A DNA stretch of 20,000 bases. Source: an uncultured virus (IMG/VR IMGVR_UViG_3300032330_000970). Taxonomy: Duplodnaviria > Heunggongvirae > Uroviricota > Caudoviricetes. The stretch's first letter is position 1; the number at the start of each line of letters is the position of its first letter. The stretch is taken from IMG/VR virus record IMGVR_UViG_3300032330_000970; one strand, written 5' to 3'. Of the stretch, positions 1 to 9,075 are shown in pieces. The notes under the pieces were generated by a model. It was not told where the DNA came from. It saw only the letters and a program-made list of their open reading frames with translations, and did no database searches. A program made the translations under genes and the position numbers.

Positions 1-1
1 T

Positions 2-1039
2 ACTGGTAACACTCCTCACATTAAAAAACTAGGAAATAAACAATGGGAGTGGACGGACAGCAATCCTAATTTTATGTACATATTCGACGAAGTGCATAAG
101 TGTAAAAGCTATAAGTCTCAAAATGGGGCAATGCTTGAGGCTGCAAAATCTTCTAAAATCCTGATGTTGTCAGCTACCGCGGCTGGCAGTCCATTGGATA
201 TGCGTTTTACGGGGAGACTATTGGGGTTACACAACGGAGTAAACTTTTTTAGTTGGCTTCACAAGAACGGTGTAGTTAAAGCTCCGTGGGGAGGAATGAC
301 TTTTCGTGGGGGAAAGAAAGTTCTTACGGACATCCATTCGAAGGTATTCCCGGACAAGGGGGTTCGAATAAAGATTAGTGAGCTTGGAGATGCTTTCCCA
401 AGCAATCAGGTTAACGCTCAAACGTTTGACATTTCCCCAAAGATCGGAGAACTATATCAGCAAGTGGAGCGAGAGATAGCCGAACTGAAAGACAAAGCCA
501 AAGACGATAGAGATCCGGAAAGCCCTTTAACAAAACGCCTCCGCATGAGACAGGAAATTGAACTTTTGCGAGTTCCTGTGATTGTAGAAATGGCGGAAGA
601 ATTTCTTGCGGAAGATAAAAGCGTTGTCTGCTTTGTGAACTTCAGACAAACATTGGAAGCAATCGGAGAGCGGATGAAAAAACTAAAACCTTTGTTTATC
701 CACGGCGGGCAATCTTCTGAAGAGCGGGAGGACAATGTAAAGGCATTTCAGTCGAACGCACATCATCTATTGTTGTGTCAAATTAATGCCGGAGGAGTTG
801 GGGTGAATCTTCACGATTTACACGGAAGACCGCGCGTATCGCTAATCAGCCCAACGTACTCGGCTATTGATTTGAAACAGGCTCTTGGTCGTATCCATCG
901 TTCGGGAGCAAAATCGCCAGCTCTTCAATATATTTTGTTTGCAGCAAATTCTGTTGAAGAAGAAGTCAGCCAATCTGTCAAGAGAAAACTTCGTAACATT
1001 GATTTATTGAACGACGGCGATTTGTTAACTCATAATTAA
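2..1039 (+). CDS. SNF2/SF2-family phage helicase (5' partial)
   Basis: The frame is open from the window edge. SF2 motifs present: DEVH (II), LSAT (III), GGVGVNL (V), QALGRIHRSG (VI). Confidence 0.9.
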   Translation, partial: TGNTPHIKKLGNKQWEWTDSNPNFMYIFDEVHKCKSYKSQNGAMLEAAKSSKILMLSATAAGSPLDMRFTGRLLGLHNGVNFFSWLHKNGVVKAPWGGMTFRGGKKVLTDIHSKVFPDKGVRIKISELGDAFPSNQVNAQTFDISPKIGELYQQVEREIAELKDKAKDDRDPESPLTKRLRMRQEIELLRVPVIVEMAEEFLAEDKSVVCFVNFRQTLEAIGERMKKLKPLFIHGGQSSEEREDNVKAFQSNAHHLLLCQINAGGVGVNLHDLHGRPRVSLISPTYSAIDLKQALGRIHRSGAKSPALQYILFAANSVEEEVSQSVKRKLRNIDLLNDGDLLTHN

Positions 1040-1042
1040 TCC

Positions 1043-1071
1043 TTGACGATTGTGATTCCAGAGTCACAATC
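1043..1071 (+). promoter_or_regulatory. Putative sigma70-type promoter overlapped by a palindrome
   Basis: TTGACG-N16-CACAAT, with the inverted repeat GATTGTGA-N8-TCACAATC at 1048-1071. Confidence 0.45.
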
Positions 1072-1083
1072 TACCCCACGCTA

Positions 1084-1320
1084 ATGGACACTCAACACGC
1101 AAGGTATAGCCCAAGCACTCTTAAAAACCGCGAACTCTGTCCGGGGTATGAACCCAAGAGAGACGGAGAAGTACATATTGTTACTCAACGGGGAACCGCT
1201 ATGCATCACGCTTGTGAAATGAGCGACTTTGAAAATTTGAATGCCGACGAAACTAAACTTGTAATGAAATGTTTAGACTACATCGAACGTTTACGAGCGG
1301 AGTTGACTACTGATGCTTGA
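1084..1320 (+). CDS. N-terminal part of a DUF2800/Cas4-like PD-(D/E)XK nuclease
   Basis: HARYSPS...R..CPG...GTAMHHACE matches the typical N-terminus of this phage nuclease family. Confidence 0.75.
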   Translation: MDTQHARYSPSTLKNRELCPGYEPKRDGEVHIVTQRGTAMHHACEMSDFENLNADETKLVMKCLDYIERLRAELTTDA

Positions 1321-2185
1321 CCTCAAAGAAATTAAGCTAGAGGTTTTTGATCAATGGGGTTTTGTAGACCGATTGATGATTCGCGGTAATAAAGCGCATT
1401 TGATTGATTATAAATTTGGGTTCAACCCCGTAGATGATGCGGAGCATAATGCTCAGATGTGGGCTTATACGTTGGGTGTATTTGATAAATACGATTACAT
1501 TGACGAGGTAACAGTTCACATTTTGCAGCCAAGACTAGATTTGATTTTCACCCATGCGTTTAGCCGCGAGGCTGACTACGGGAGAATCCACAAAAGAATA
1601 AAAGGAATCATAGACAAATGCAAAAATCATACGGAATTGGATTACACTCCGGGAGATCAGTGTATCTACTGTCACAAACTATCCGACTGTCCAGCAGTTC
1701 ACGGAGCTACTATGCAAATTGTTAAAGCTTATGACATGGCGCACGACGCTCAACTTCCGGAGCTCTTTCAGCCAAGCCAACTATCCACCCCAGAACGTAG
1801 GGCTCAAGCGCAACGTATTGCAATGGTTATGGAGGCTTGGTGTTCAAGTGTGCGTAAACACAATTTAGAATTTGCCAAAGAGGGTGGAGAAATTCCGGGG
1901 TATGGATTGAAAGAAATTCAAGGACGCCGTGAGATTAAGGACTCTCAGAAGGCTTGGGATTTGGTAAAGAATAAACTTACTCCCGAGGAGTTTAGCTCCG
2001 CGTGTGAGATTAAGTTCACAGATTTGGCCGATCTAGTTGCGGCCAAGGCGCCTCGCGGTCAGAAGACCGTGGCGAAAGAACAACTGGAAGATGACCTCAT
2101 CGCTGCCGAAGCAATGACGCGCGGGGAGCCATCTTATCAACTAAGAAAAAATAAAGAAGTAAAAGAGCTAAAACAAATAAAATGA
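1313..2185 (+). CDS. Catalytic and C-terminal part of a DUF2800/Cas4-like PD-(D/E)XK exonuclease
   Basis: GFVD, IDYKFG, NAQMWAY, ILQPR and C-terminal CIYC-x5-C motifs. Confidence 0.85.
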   Translation: MLDLKEIKLEVFDQWGFVDRLMIRGNKAHLIDYKFGFNPVDDAEHNAQMWAYTLGVFDKYDYIDEVTVHILQPRLDLIFTHAFSREADYGRIHKRIKGIIDKCKNHTELDYTPGDQCIYCHKLSDCPAVHGATMQIVKAYDMAHDAQLPELFQPSQLSTPERRAQAQRIAMVMEAWCSSVRKHNLEFAKEGGEIPGYGLKEIQGRREIKDSQKAWDLVKNKLTPEEFSSACEIKFTDLADLVAAKAPRGQKTVAKEQLEDDLIAAEAMTRGEPSYQLRKNKEVKELKQIK

Positions 2186-2898
2186 AAACATCATTCAGTA
2201 AGAAGGATAAAGAAGCGGTAGAGGCAAACGAAGATAAGGCATTGGCGGTTGCGGAGAACAAATCTCCAACAATTACCAATCGCAACGCTGGAGTAGACGG
2301 AGAGTTCAAGGCTTCCGACTTTTTGATCCCAAGGATCAATCTTGTCGGTAAGACTGGAAACCTCAGCAATAACTTTCAGCCAGGTTCTTTTGTGTTCAAC
2401 AAAGAACTTGTTGTTGGGAGCAAGGACTCGGCGATGGAAGCAATCATCACCCATATCCAGAAGAAATACATCCAGGAAATTCCTTACGGAACGGATGTAA
2501 TTCCAAAGATCTTTGCTTCGCAAGCCGAGGTAGAATCAGCGGGTGGGACTTTGGATATCTCCGAATCCGACGATGTGGATCGGTATATTCCATTCTTGGT
2601 TCTAACTTTGTTAGTTTCAGAACCTAAAGAAAAGAATCCGGTCTTCTCACTTGAAGGACCGGATAAAAAGAATTATGCGCTGGCGCAGTATAATCTTACC
2701 AAGAGTGCGTACCGCGGAGCTGGTCGTCAGTTATTGACTGACAGTCAGACAGTATTGCGTGGTGGCCTAACAAAGGGTCGCTATCAAGTTAGCAGCAAGC
2801 TCAACACCAATACGATGGGTAGTTGGTTTACCCCCACGTTTAAATTGGCTGGAACAAACAATGACGAGTTCCAGGCTTGGGCTTCTAGCTTAATCTAA
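2182..2898 (+). CDS. Putative ssDNA-binding/annealing protein
   Basis: Lies between the nuclease and PolA, where APSE-type modules carry an SSB. It has a DFLIPRINL segment and an aromatic WFTP near the C-terminus. The function is inferred from context. Confidence 0.5.
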   Translation: MKTSFSKKDKEAVEANEDKALAVAENKSPTITNRNAGVDGEFKASDFLIPRINLVGKTGNLSNNFQPGSFVFNKELVVGSKDSAMEAIITHIQKKYIQEIPYGTDVIPKIFASQAEVESAGGTLDISESDDVDRYIPFLVLTLLVSEPKEKNPVFSLEGPDKKNYALAQYNLTKSAYRGAGRQLLTDSQTVLRGGLTKGRYQVSSKLNTNTMGSWFTPTFKLAGTNNDEFQAWASSLI

Positions 2899-3063
2899 GC
2901 TAATGAAGAAGGGGAGACGTTCCGGCATGGTGCGACGCGAGAAGCGTCGACAGGTTAAGTGTTCCTTGCCGCGTGAAACACCGGACGTCCTCCGTCAACT
3001 TGTACATCTTTTTCAAGATGTATTTCATTTTCAAGTACAAGCACCGATGCAAGTGAAAGGTAT

Positions 3064-3363
3064 ATGGATCAAGACAAAATAGCTCCTACGATTGAGGAAG
3101 TGGCAACTGTGGCTTTTTCCGTGGTATCCCGAATCATGGATAAAGGTTCGGACAAAAGTCCTTTTGGAAGGTGGTTTCACACTGACAGTCGTAGATATAA
3201 TGCAGATAGGCTTATTGCCCACGTAACACAAGCGATGATGCAAATTGATGGGAATAGACCTAATCCAGATACCAATGGAGAAGATGCTATTGCGCATTTA
3301 GAAAGAGCATTGGTCCGAGCAGTTTTTCTTTTATATAAAACTTACAGAGGTAAAATACAATGA
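3064..3363 (+). CDS. Divergent DUF5664 (dATP/dGTP diphosphohydrolase domain)-like protein
   Basis: V..IM.KG..K...W......Y.AD....H....D..GE....HL..A...FL resembles the DUF5664 pattern. Confidence 0.55.
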   Translation: MDQDKIAPTIEEVATVAFSVVSRIMDKGSDKSPFGRWFHTDSRRYNADRLIAHVTQAMMQIDGNRPNPDTNGEDAIAHLERALVRAVFLLYKTYRGKIQ

Positions 3364-3566
3364 TGGATTATTTTTGGCTATGGCTTTTTGTGTGGATCAG
3401 CAAGCGGTGGTTTCCTACTGTCATTTTTTCTACTGATCCAAAAACTGAACGGACTACCTCTATTTTCTTTTTTGACTGCGATGCTCACGCAAAAAAATTA
3501 ATGGATCTTATTCAGGAAAATAAACTAAACCATCAACTAGAAAAGGAGACACCTAATGATAATTGA
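3360..3566 (+). CDS. Hypothetical protein with an aromatic/hydrophobic N-terminus
   Basis: ATGA-coupled to the upstream gene. Confidence 0.6.
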   Translation: MMDYFWLWLFVWISKRWFPTVIFSTDPKTERTTSIFFFDCDAHAKKLMDLIQENKLNHQLEKETPNDN

Positions 3567-3681
3567 ATGGCTATGGGATCGTCGGGGATTTGCATTCCCA
3601 AAAACCGAAACAAAAAATACAAAACCAAATATAAAAAAGGTAAAATCAAATGCTAAAAGAAAACCAAGAAAACAAAAATAA
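3556..3681 (+). CDS. Small basic hypothetical protein (41 aa)
   Basis: AAGGAG Shine-Dalgarno upstream; MIIEWLWDRRGFAFPK...KQK. Below the ORF-track size cutoff. Confidence 0.5.
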   Translation: MIIEWLWDRRGFAFPKTETKNTKPNIKKVKSNAKRKPRKQK

Positions 3682-3793
3682 ATTTACCGCGGAGGTATTA
3701 AAGGAGCTAGATTATCTTCTAGCAGAAGGATTTGTATGTTTAACCAACCCGAAGAACCCTACCATTGTTTTAAACCAGGAGGCCAGCATATGA
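3650..3793 (+). CDS. Small hypothetical protein (47 aa)
   Basis: MLKENQENKNKFTAEVLKELDYLLAEGFV...; its stop overlaps the ATG at 3790. Confidence 0.5.
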   Translation: MLKENQENKNKFTAEVLKELDYLLAEGFVCLTNPKNPTIVLNQEASI

Positions 3794-4095
3794 AAATTGA
3801 AGAAGTAATAGGCAAAGAAGAACTGAAAAAAGAATCCTTTTCAACTCAAAAAAACTTACATAGAATACATCAGTTTTACCACCGAGTGGTAGATCTGGCG
3901 GAACAAAACCATAAAACGGCTGCTGTCCTTGTGGAGGAGAATGGCCGTCTACAAATAGAGAATGAGGGGCTGAAAGAGTTTACCCAGGAACTTTTAGGCT
4001 TCATGGCAGACCTTGAGCGGGAATGTTCGGATTGTCGCAGCAAGGCCAGGTCAATCATCCTCAACCAACCACAAATGAAAGAAGAAGAAAAATAA
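3790..4095 (+). CDS. Coiled-coil hypothetical protein with a CxxC motif
   Basis: Start re-called at 3790 (GGAGG upstream, ATGA overlap). Helical heptad pattern and CSDC. Confidence 0.65.
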   Translation: MKIEEVIGKEELKKESFSTQKNLHRIHQFYHRVVDLAEQNHKTAAVLVEENGRLQIENEGLKEFTQELLGFMADLERECSDCRSKARSIILNQPQMKEEEK

Positions 4096-4096
4096 T

Positions 4097-4432
4097 ATGA
4101 TTGAATTAGCAATTCAGATTAAAAACGAAGACGGAACAGATAAGATCAGCGTGGAAATGCTTCCGCGTGATGGCGAGGCAAACGCAGTAGAAAAAGATGT
4201 ACTTAGCGGATTGTTCCCTCTCATAGTTGAACTTTTCAATGGAGTTCTTGGCGGAGAGGGTTTTCGTAAGAACGAAAAGATGGCTCAGATTCCGGAACAA
4301 GAGTCACGAATTGTGGACAAGAACGGAGCCCCAACAGCTATTCCGATGAACGAGGAATACCTTCTAAAGAAAGGTCTAATCGAGCCGCTTGATGGACCTC
4401 AAATTGTTGATAGAAAATCCCTAGAGGGATAA
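4097..4432 (+). CDS. Hypothetical protein
   Basis: 111-aa ORF packed tightly in the operon. Confidence 0.7.
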   Translation: MIELAIQIKNEDGTDKISVEMLPRDGEANAVEKDVLSGLFPLIVELFNGVLGGEGFRKNEKMAQIPEQESRIVDKNGAPTAIPMNEEYLLKKGLIEPLDGPQIVDRKSLEG

Positions 4433-4433
4433 C

Positions 4434-4715
4434 TTGAAACGAGCCAGTGAAGGACTGGCCGAACAATTTAACATAATACCGTACCCATTCGTGGGTAGGG
4501 ATTATGATGAAATAGCGGCCGAGTTTGTATTGCTCCGGGAATCTGGAGTTCGTTCTAAAGAACTTGCTCAGATGCTTTTGGACGCAATAGAAATCCTTTT
4601 ACGTGGATTGGCAAAACAAAATATAACAAAACAAAGAGAAGAAAAACTTACCAGAGATCTGTCAGACATGCTTGGGAGACTGAGCATCCTTGAAGACCTC
4701 AACTTTAAAAAATGA
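4434..4715 (+). CDS. Hypothetical protein
   Basis: TTG start with GAGG upstream; the stop overlaps the polymerase start. Confidence 0.6.
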   Translation: MKRASEGLAEQFNIIPYPFVGRDYDEIAAEFVLLRESGVRSKELAQMLLDAIEILLRGLAKQNITKQREEKLTRDLSDMLGRLSILEDLNFKK

Positions 4716-6505
4716 AAAATACATACGCGATCGATTTTGAAACTTATTACGACAAAGAAATATCAATTACAACAATGGGGCAGTGGCATTACTTGCGAAA
4801 CCCAGCATCAGACATTTATCTGGTTTCAATTCATGGGCCCGATGTACAGTACGTCGGATCTCCAAAGAAAGCTCCGTGGGAAAAGATTGATGGTGGAAAT
4901 TGGTTGGCACACAATTATTCATTTGACGGAGCTGTGTTGGAAAGATTGCGAGAGCTTGGAATAACTAAAGCAAATCCGTCTAGTTGGTTTTGTACGGCGA
5001 ATCTGTCTGTTGCTGTCGGTGCTCCTAGAAATTTGTTGGGCGCATCGCGGGAACTTCTTAATCGAAAGATTGACAAAGATCCGCGGGATAAAATGCACAG
5101 CAAAAAGTGGAGTGATGTCGAGGGAACGGAATTTGCTAAAGAAGTCATTGAGTATGCGAAAAACGATGCTCAAGCATGCTACGAAATCTACGATAAGTTC
5201 CACAATCAGATGCTTCCAACGGAACAGGAACTATCTAAACACACCATAGAAATGGGCTGGAAAGGGGTCCAAATTGACCAAAATGCGGTTGAAATGGGGG
5301 TAAAAAAGCTTGAAAGAGTGACTTGGGAGAGCGAAAACGCCCTACCTTGGATTGAGGAAACCAATGGGGTTGTCCTTTCCACAAAGGCTTTTAGGCGTGA
5401 ATGCGCCAAGGCTGGCATCCCTTGGCCCACATCGTTGGCTGAAAACTCGGAAGAATGTGCTCTATGGGAGGAACAATACGGGAATCAGGTTCCGTTTGTG
5501 GGTATCATGCGGGATTGGCGCAAGGCTAATTCCTTGTTGGCAAAGCTAAAGGTAATGAGAAACCGTATACGCCCAGACGGGACAATGGCTTACGGACTCA
5601 AATACATGGGCGCACACACTGGTCGGTGGTCTGGTGACAGTAAGTGGAATTGCCAGAACCTTCCGAGAAATGAGATGTTTGGGGTAGATTTACGGGGTTG
5701 TATTATACCCCGTTCGGGTAAGAAGTTTGTAATTTGTGATCTAGCGCAAATTGAGCCCAGAGTATTAGCTTGGCTATCTGGAAACGAAGGACTTCTAGAT
5801 GCAATCAGAAAAGGATATGGCATCTACGAGGCGGCCGCAAAAAATATGGGGCTATGGAATGGTGACAAGGGAACCCTTAAGAAAACCGATCCTGATCTTT
5901 ATCAATTGGTAAAGTGTATGGTTTTGGGTTTGGGCTATGGAGCTGGGTCTAAGAAGTTTGCGCTGATCGCAAAGATGCAATACGGAATCAATATGACTGA
6001 GGCAAGAGCCGGAACGGTGGTGAATGATTTCCGATCACGCAATCAGCCAATTATGGATTTATGGAGAAAGCTTGAAGGTGATTTTCAAAGGGCTAAGGCA
6101 GACAAACAGTTTGAGGTTGGATTGCCTGGGGGAAGAATCCTTACCTACCGTAACATCATGTCACAGTGGCCTGAGTCACAGAAGTTTGGAAAGAATGGAG
6201 TGGCTCGCAAGCCAGCATGGACTGCATGTGTTGAGCGTGGAGGACCGCAGATCCCGTTCTATGGTGGAAAACTATGTGAGAATCTTGTACAGGCTGTGGC
6301 GCGAGATGTTATGGGAGAGGCTATTCTGCGGTTAGAAAAAGCGGGATGCTCCGTGGTGATGCACATCCATGACGAAGCTGTTTGCGAAGTTGACAATTCA
6401 GTTCGGGCTGGTGAGATTGAACACCTCATGAGCGTCTGTCCTGAATGGCTTGAGGGTTGTCCGATAGGGGCGGAAGCAGCAGATGCAATGAGGTACAAAA
6501 AATGA
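4712..6505 (+). CDS. Phage family A DNA polymerase with a 3'-5' exonuclease domain
   Basis: ExoI DFET, ExoII HNYSFD, ExoIII YAKND; TGRWS; motif A DLAQIEPR; motif B K...LGLGYG; ENLVQ; motif C HDE. Confidence 0.95.
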   Translation: MKNTYAIDFETYYDKEISITTMGQWHYLRNPASDIYLVSIHGPDVQYVGSPKKAPWEKIDGGNWLAHNYSFDGAVLERLRELGITKANPSSWFCTANLSVAVGAPRNLLGASRELLNRKIDKDPRDKMHSKKWSDVEGTEFAKEVIEYAKNDAQACYEIYDKFHNQMLPTEQELSKHTIEMGWKGVQIDQNAVEMGVKKLERVTWESENALPWIEETNGVVLSTKAFRRECAKAGIPWPTSLAENSEECALWEEQYGNQVPFVGIMRDWRKANSLLAKLKVMRNRIRPDGTMAYGLKYMGAHTGRWSGDSKWNCQNLPRNEMFGVDLRGCIIPRSGKKFVICDLAQIEPRVLAWLSGNEGLLDAIRKGYGIYEAAAKNMGLWNGDKGTLKKTDPDLYQLVKCMVLGLGYGAGSKKFALIAKMQYGINMTEARAGTVVNDFRSRNQPIMDLWRKLEGDFQRAKADKQFEVGLPGGRILTYRNIMSQWPESQKFGKNGVARKPAWTACVERGGPQIPFYGGKLCENLVQAVARDVMGEAILRLEKAGCSVVMHIHDEAVCEVDNSVRAGEIEHLMSVCPEWLEGCPIGAEAADAMRYKK

Positions 6506-8637
6506 ATTTGTATCGCATACCAAATTTATCGTCGACGATTGCTGGTCCTTGCACTCCTTGGGATGGGAATGTTAATCAACCGCCAAGCCTAGATCCTGAT
6601 ATAGCCAAACGGTGGGCTATTCAGAGTTCTACTGATGGAATGTTTGTCAGCGGATTTGAGGGTCGTGCCGCGGCTATGCGGGTTACCAAAGATAATCCTC
6701 CGGCCAAGATGCATGCCTTTATTGCAGATTATGATTGCGAACTTACATCCGAAGAGTTTATTTCCGGTATTGGGGCTAAAGCCAAAGCCGGTCTTAAGCC
6801 AATGTACGCTCATCGCACACCAAGTGGAGGTGCGAGAGTCATCTGGATGTTTGAGTCCCCCATGCAGATTCCGGTGGGTTTGTTGCCCGCATTCTTAAAA
6901 CGAGTTGCAAAAGAGCTTGGTGCAAAGCGTATATTTGCAGGGCTTGATGATAACCACGTAAAGCCTGAGCAGTATTACGCTTGGTATCTTCCGATCACAA
7001 AAGTTGGGGATATCCCTTTAAGGACAGAGACATTGTACAGTTGGTTTGCCTCGACAATTGACGCTGACCACAAGTACCGCGGCGAAGGCCCGGTAGAGAT
7101 CCCAATGGATCGTGTACGTAATCGCGTACATGAAATGTATCCAGACAAACTGATGGGAAGTCTTGAGGTGAATGGAAGAACGAATGCGTTCTGGACTGCT
7201 ACTTCGGACAACCCAACGGCTTGCGTAGTTACTCCTACCGGTATTGTTAGTTTCTCGCAGGACAAGAGTTTCTACAGCTGGGCCGAAATCCTTGGCGCTG
7301 GCTGGGTGAAAGAGTTTGAGGAGGATCGTCTTGGTGCTCCATTGGCAAACTATTACTTCGACGGAAAGCGTTACTGGAGGCAGGACGGCAGAGGAATCTG
7401 GCGTGATACAGACTCTGAGACTACCAGAAAAGATATTGCTGGAATATATGGATTGTCTTTAGCCCCAATGCAGCGAGGTGGGATGTGCGAAGTTGACCAG
7501 ACTGTCTTGCGTGTCCGTGAGACTCGTCGGGTAGACGATGCCGGACCGATCCTGTTTAGTAAGGAAGAAGTCGTTTACATGGGTGGACGGACTGTCCTGA
7601 ATATCTCACGGGTAAAGGTGTTGGAGCCGCGTAACGAACCGTGTGAAAAGTGGGGAGATGGATTCCCATGGATAGCCAAGTTCCTTGACGGCTTCTTTGA
7701 TCCGCACGATTCGCTTCAGTATTTTCTGGCATGGCTGCATCACTTCTATGTAAATGCCAAGTCGGGTAAGCAGTCTCAGGGTCAGGCAATCTTTATTGCC
7801 GGGCCAGTCGGTGTCGGCAAGACGCTTATGGGAACACAGATTGTTTCCAGGCTAATGGGTGGAGGTTGTGACGCATCGGGACATATCTCGGGAGAGAGTG
7901 AATTCAACTCTGAGATGTTCGAGGTCGGTGTTCTCAACGTTGACGATACGATTGCATCAACTAGCCACGAGAAGCACTTGCTATTCTCCAATACGGTGAA
8001 GAAGTTTGTTGCCAATCGTCGACATCGTTACCGCGCCATGTGGAAGAATCCTGCCACCATTGAATGGAGCGGACGGGTATTTGTGACTTTGAATGACGAT
8101 CCAGATTCGATGCGAGCCGTTCCATACACAGACGCAAGTATATTAGACAAGCTAATGCTATTCAAAGCCTCGTCTAAAGGTATGGAGTTTCCTCATTCAC
8201 AGGAACTACAACGTATCTTAGACGGAGAATTGCCGGCGTTCGCCAGGTGGCTAACCGATCACGAGATTTCGGAAGAGTTGAAAAGTTCAAATCGATTCCA
8301 GGTTAAGTGCTACCATCATGCGGATATCTTGGAAGACACGAGAACAACTCACCCCAATCATGCGTTCTCGGAACTGTTGGATGAATTCCTAATCGGATTC
8401 AATCAGGCCAATCCAAAAGAAAGAACGTGGAAGGGTTCAGCGACCCAGCTACTCAACCAGATGCTCAACGATAACAATCTTACAAATCTTACCCGTCACT
8501 ACGCCTCTACTCCGGAGAAGATGGGGCAGCGGTTGGCAAAGTTAATGACCACAAAGGGCATTGAGCGGGTAACCGTACAGGGCAAGGTGCTATGGAAAAT
8601 CCCGGTTGACTCAAACCCGGAGGTTGAAGTAAAATGA
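6502..8637 (+). CDS. Primase(-polymerase)-helicase fusion with an NrS-1/DUF5906-like P-loop domain
   Basis: ATGA-coupled start. N-terminal DYD and TPSGG primase-like motifs, Walker A GPVGVGKT, FNSE...VDD Walker B. Confidence 0.8.
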   Translation: MNLYRIPNLSSTIAGPCTPWDGNVNQPPSLDPDIAKRWAIQSSTDGMFVSGFEGRAAAMRVTKDNPPAKMHAFIADYDCELTSEEFISGIGAKAKAGLKPMYAHRTPSGGARVIWMFESPMQIPVGLLPAFLKRVAKELGAKRIFAGLDDNHVKPEQYYAWYLPITKVGDIPLRTETLYSWFASTIDADHKYRGEGPVEIPMDRVRNRVHEMYPDKLMGSLEVNGRTNAFWTATSDNPTACVVTPTGIVSFSQDKSFYSWAEILGAGWVKEFEEDRLGAPLANYYFDGKRYWRQDGRGIWRDTDSETTRKDIAGIYGLSLAPMQRGGMCEVDQTVLRVRETRRVDDAGPILFSKEEVVYMGGRTVLNISRVKVLEPRNEPCEKWGDGFPWIAKFLDGFFDPHDSLQYFLAWLHHFYVNAKSGKQSQGQAIFIAGPVGVGKTLMGTQIVSRLMGGGCDASGHISGESEFNSEMFEVGVLNVDDTIASTSHEKHLLFSNTVKKFVANRRHRYRAMWKNPATIEWSGRVFVTLNDDPDSMRAVPYTDASILDKLMLFKASSKGMEFPHSQELQRILDGELPAFARWLTDHEISEELKSSNRFQVKCYHHADILEDTRTTHPNHAFSELLDEFLIGFNQANPKERTWKGSATQLLNQMLNDNNLTNLTRHYASTPEKMGQRLAKLMTTKGIERVTVQGKVLWKIPVDSNPEVEVK

Positions 8638-8652
8638 CGCCACGCAGAAAGT

Positions 8653-9066
8653 ATGAACATTCGTATCATAGCCATGGCTATATCCATGCTTCTATCGTTC
8701 CCTATTGTCGCGTCAAACGTGATAATCGAACCGGAACCAAAATCCAAACCTTCGAAGAAACTCAAGGTTCGGGTTACAGCTTATTGGTGTGGTCAAGACC
8801 CGGACACATCCAGATTTAGATCCTCAACGGGCTATACCTTGAAGTCAGGTAGGTCGTGTGCGGTTGATCCCAGGATCATTCCGTATGGGAGTACTGTGGT
8901 TATCGACGGCAAGGAGTTTAAAGCCATCGACACGGGTACGGATGTGATCAGAAAAAAAGCTTCCCACGGAAAACTTCCGGTAGTAGACTTATTTTACAAA
9001 ACGGAAAAGCAAGCCATGGTAGCACTGGATAATCTGCCTATGCATCCATGGGTTGAAATACGATAA
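8653..9066 (+). CDS. Secreted 3D-domain (MltA-like) cell-wall protein
   Basis: Signal-peptide-like N-terminus. VTAY, AVDPRIIPYGS, DTG and VDLF supply the three conserved Asp residues. Confidence 0.85.
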   Translation: MNIRIIAMAISMLLSFPIVASNVIIEPEPKSKPSKKLKVRVTAYWCGQDPDTSRFRSSTGYTLKSGRSCAVDPRIIPYGSTVVIDGKEFKAIDTGTDVIRKKASHGKLPVVDLFYKTEKQAMVALDNLPMHPWVEIR

Positions 9067-9075
9067 GGAGCACAC

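Noticed and set aside
1310..1322. RF2-type +1 frameshift site
   Set aside because: The in-frame codons are GCT TGA, not CTT TGA, and the Shine-Dalgarno spacing does not fit the prfB mechanism.
1084..2185. CRISPR-Cas system suggested by the Cas4-like nuclease
   Set aside because: No repeat-spacer array or other cas genes are present, and stand-alone Cas4-like nucleases are standard in phage replication modules.
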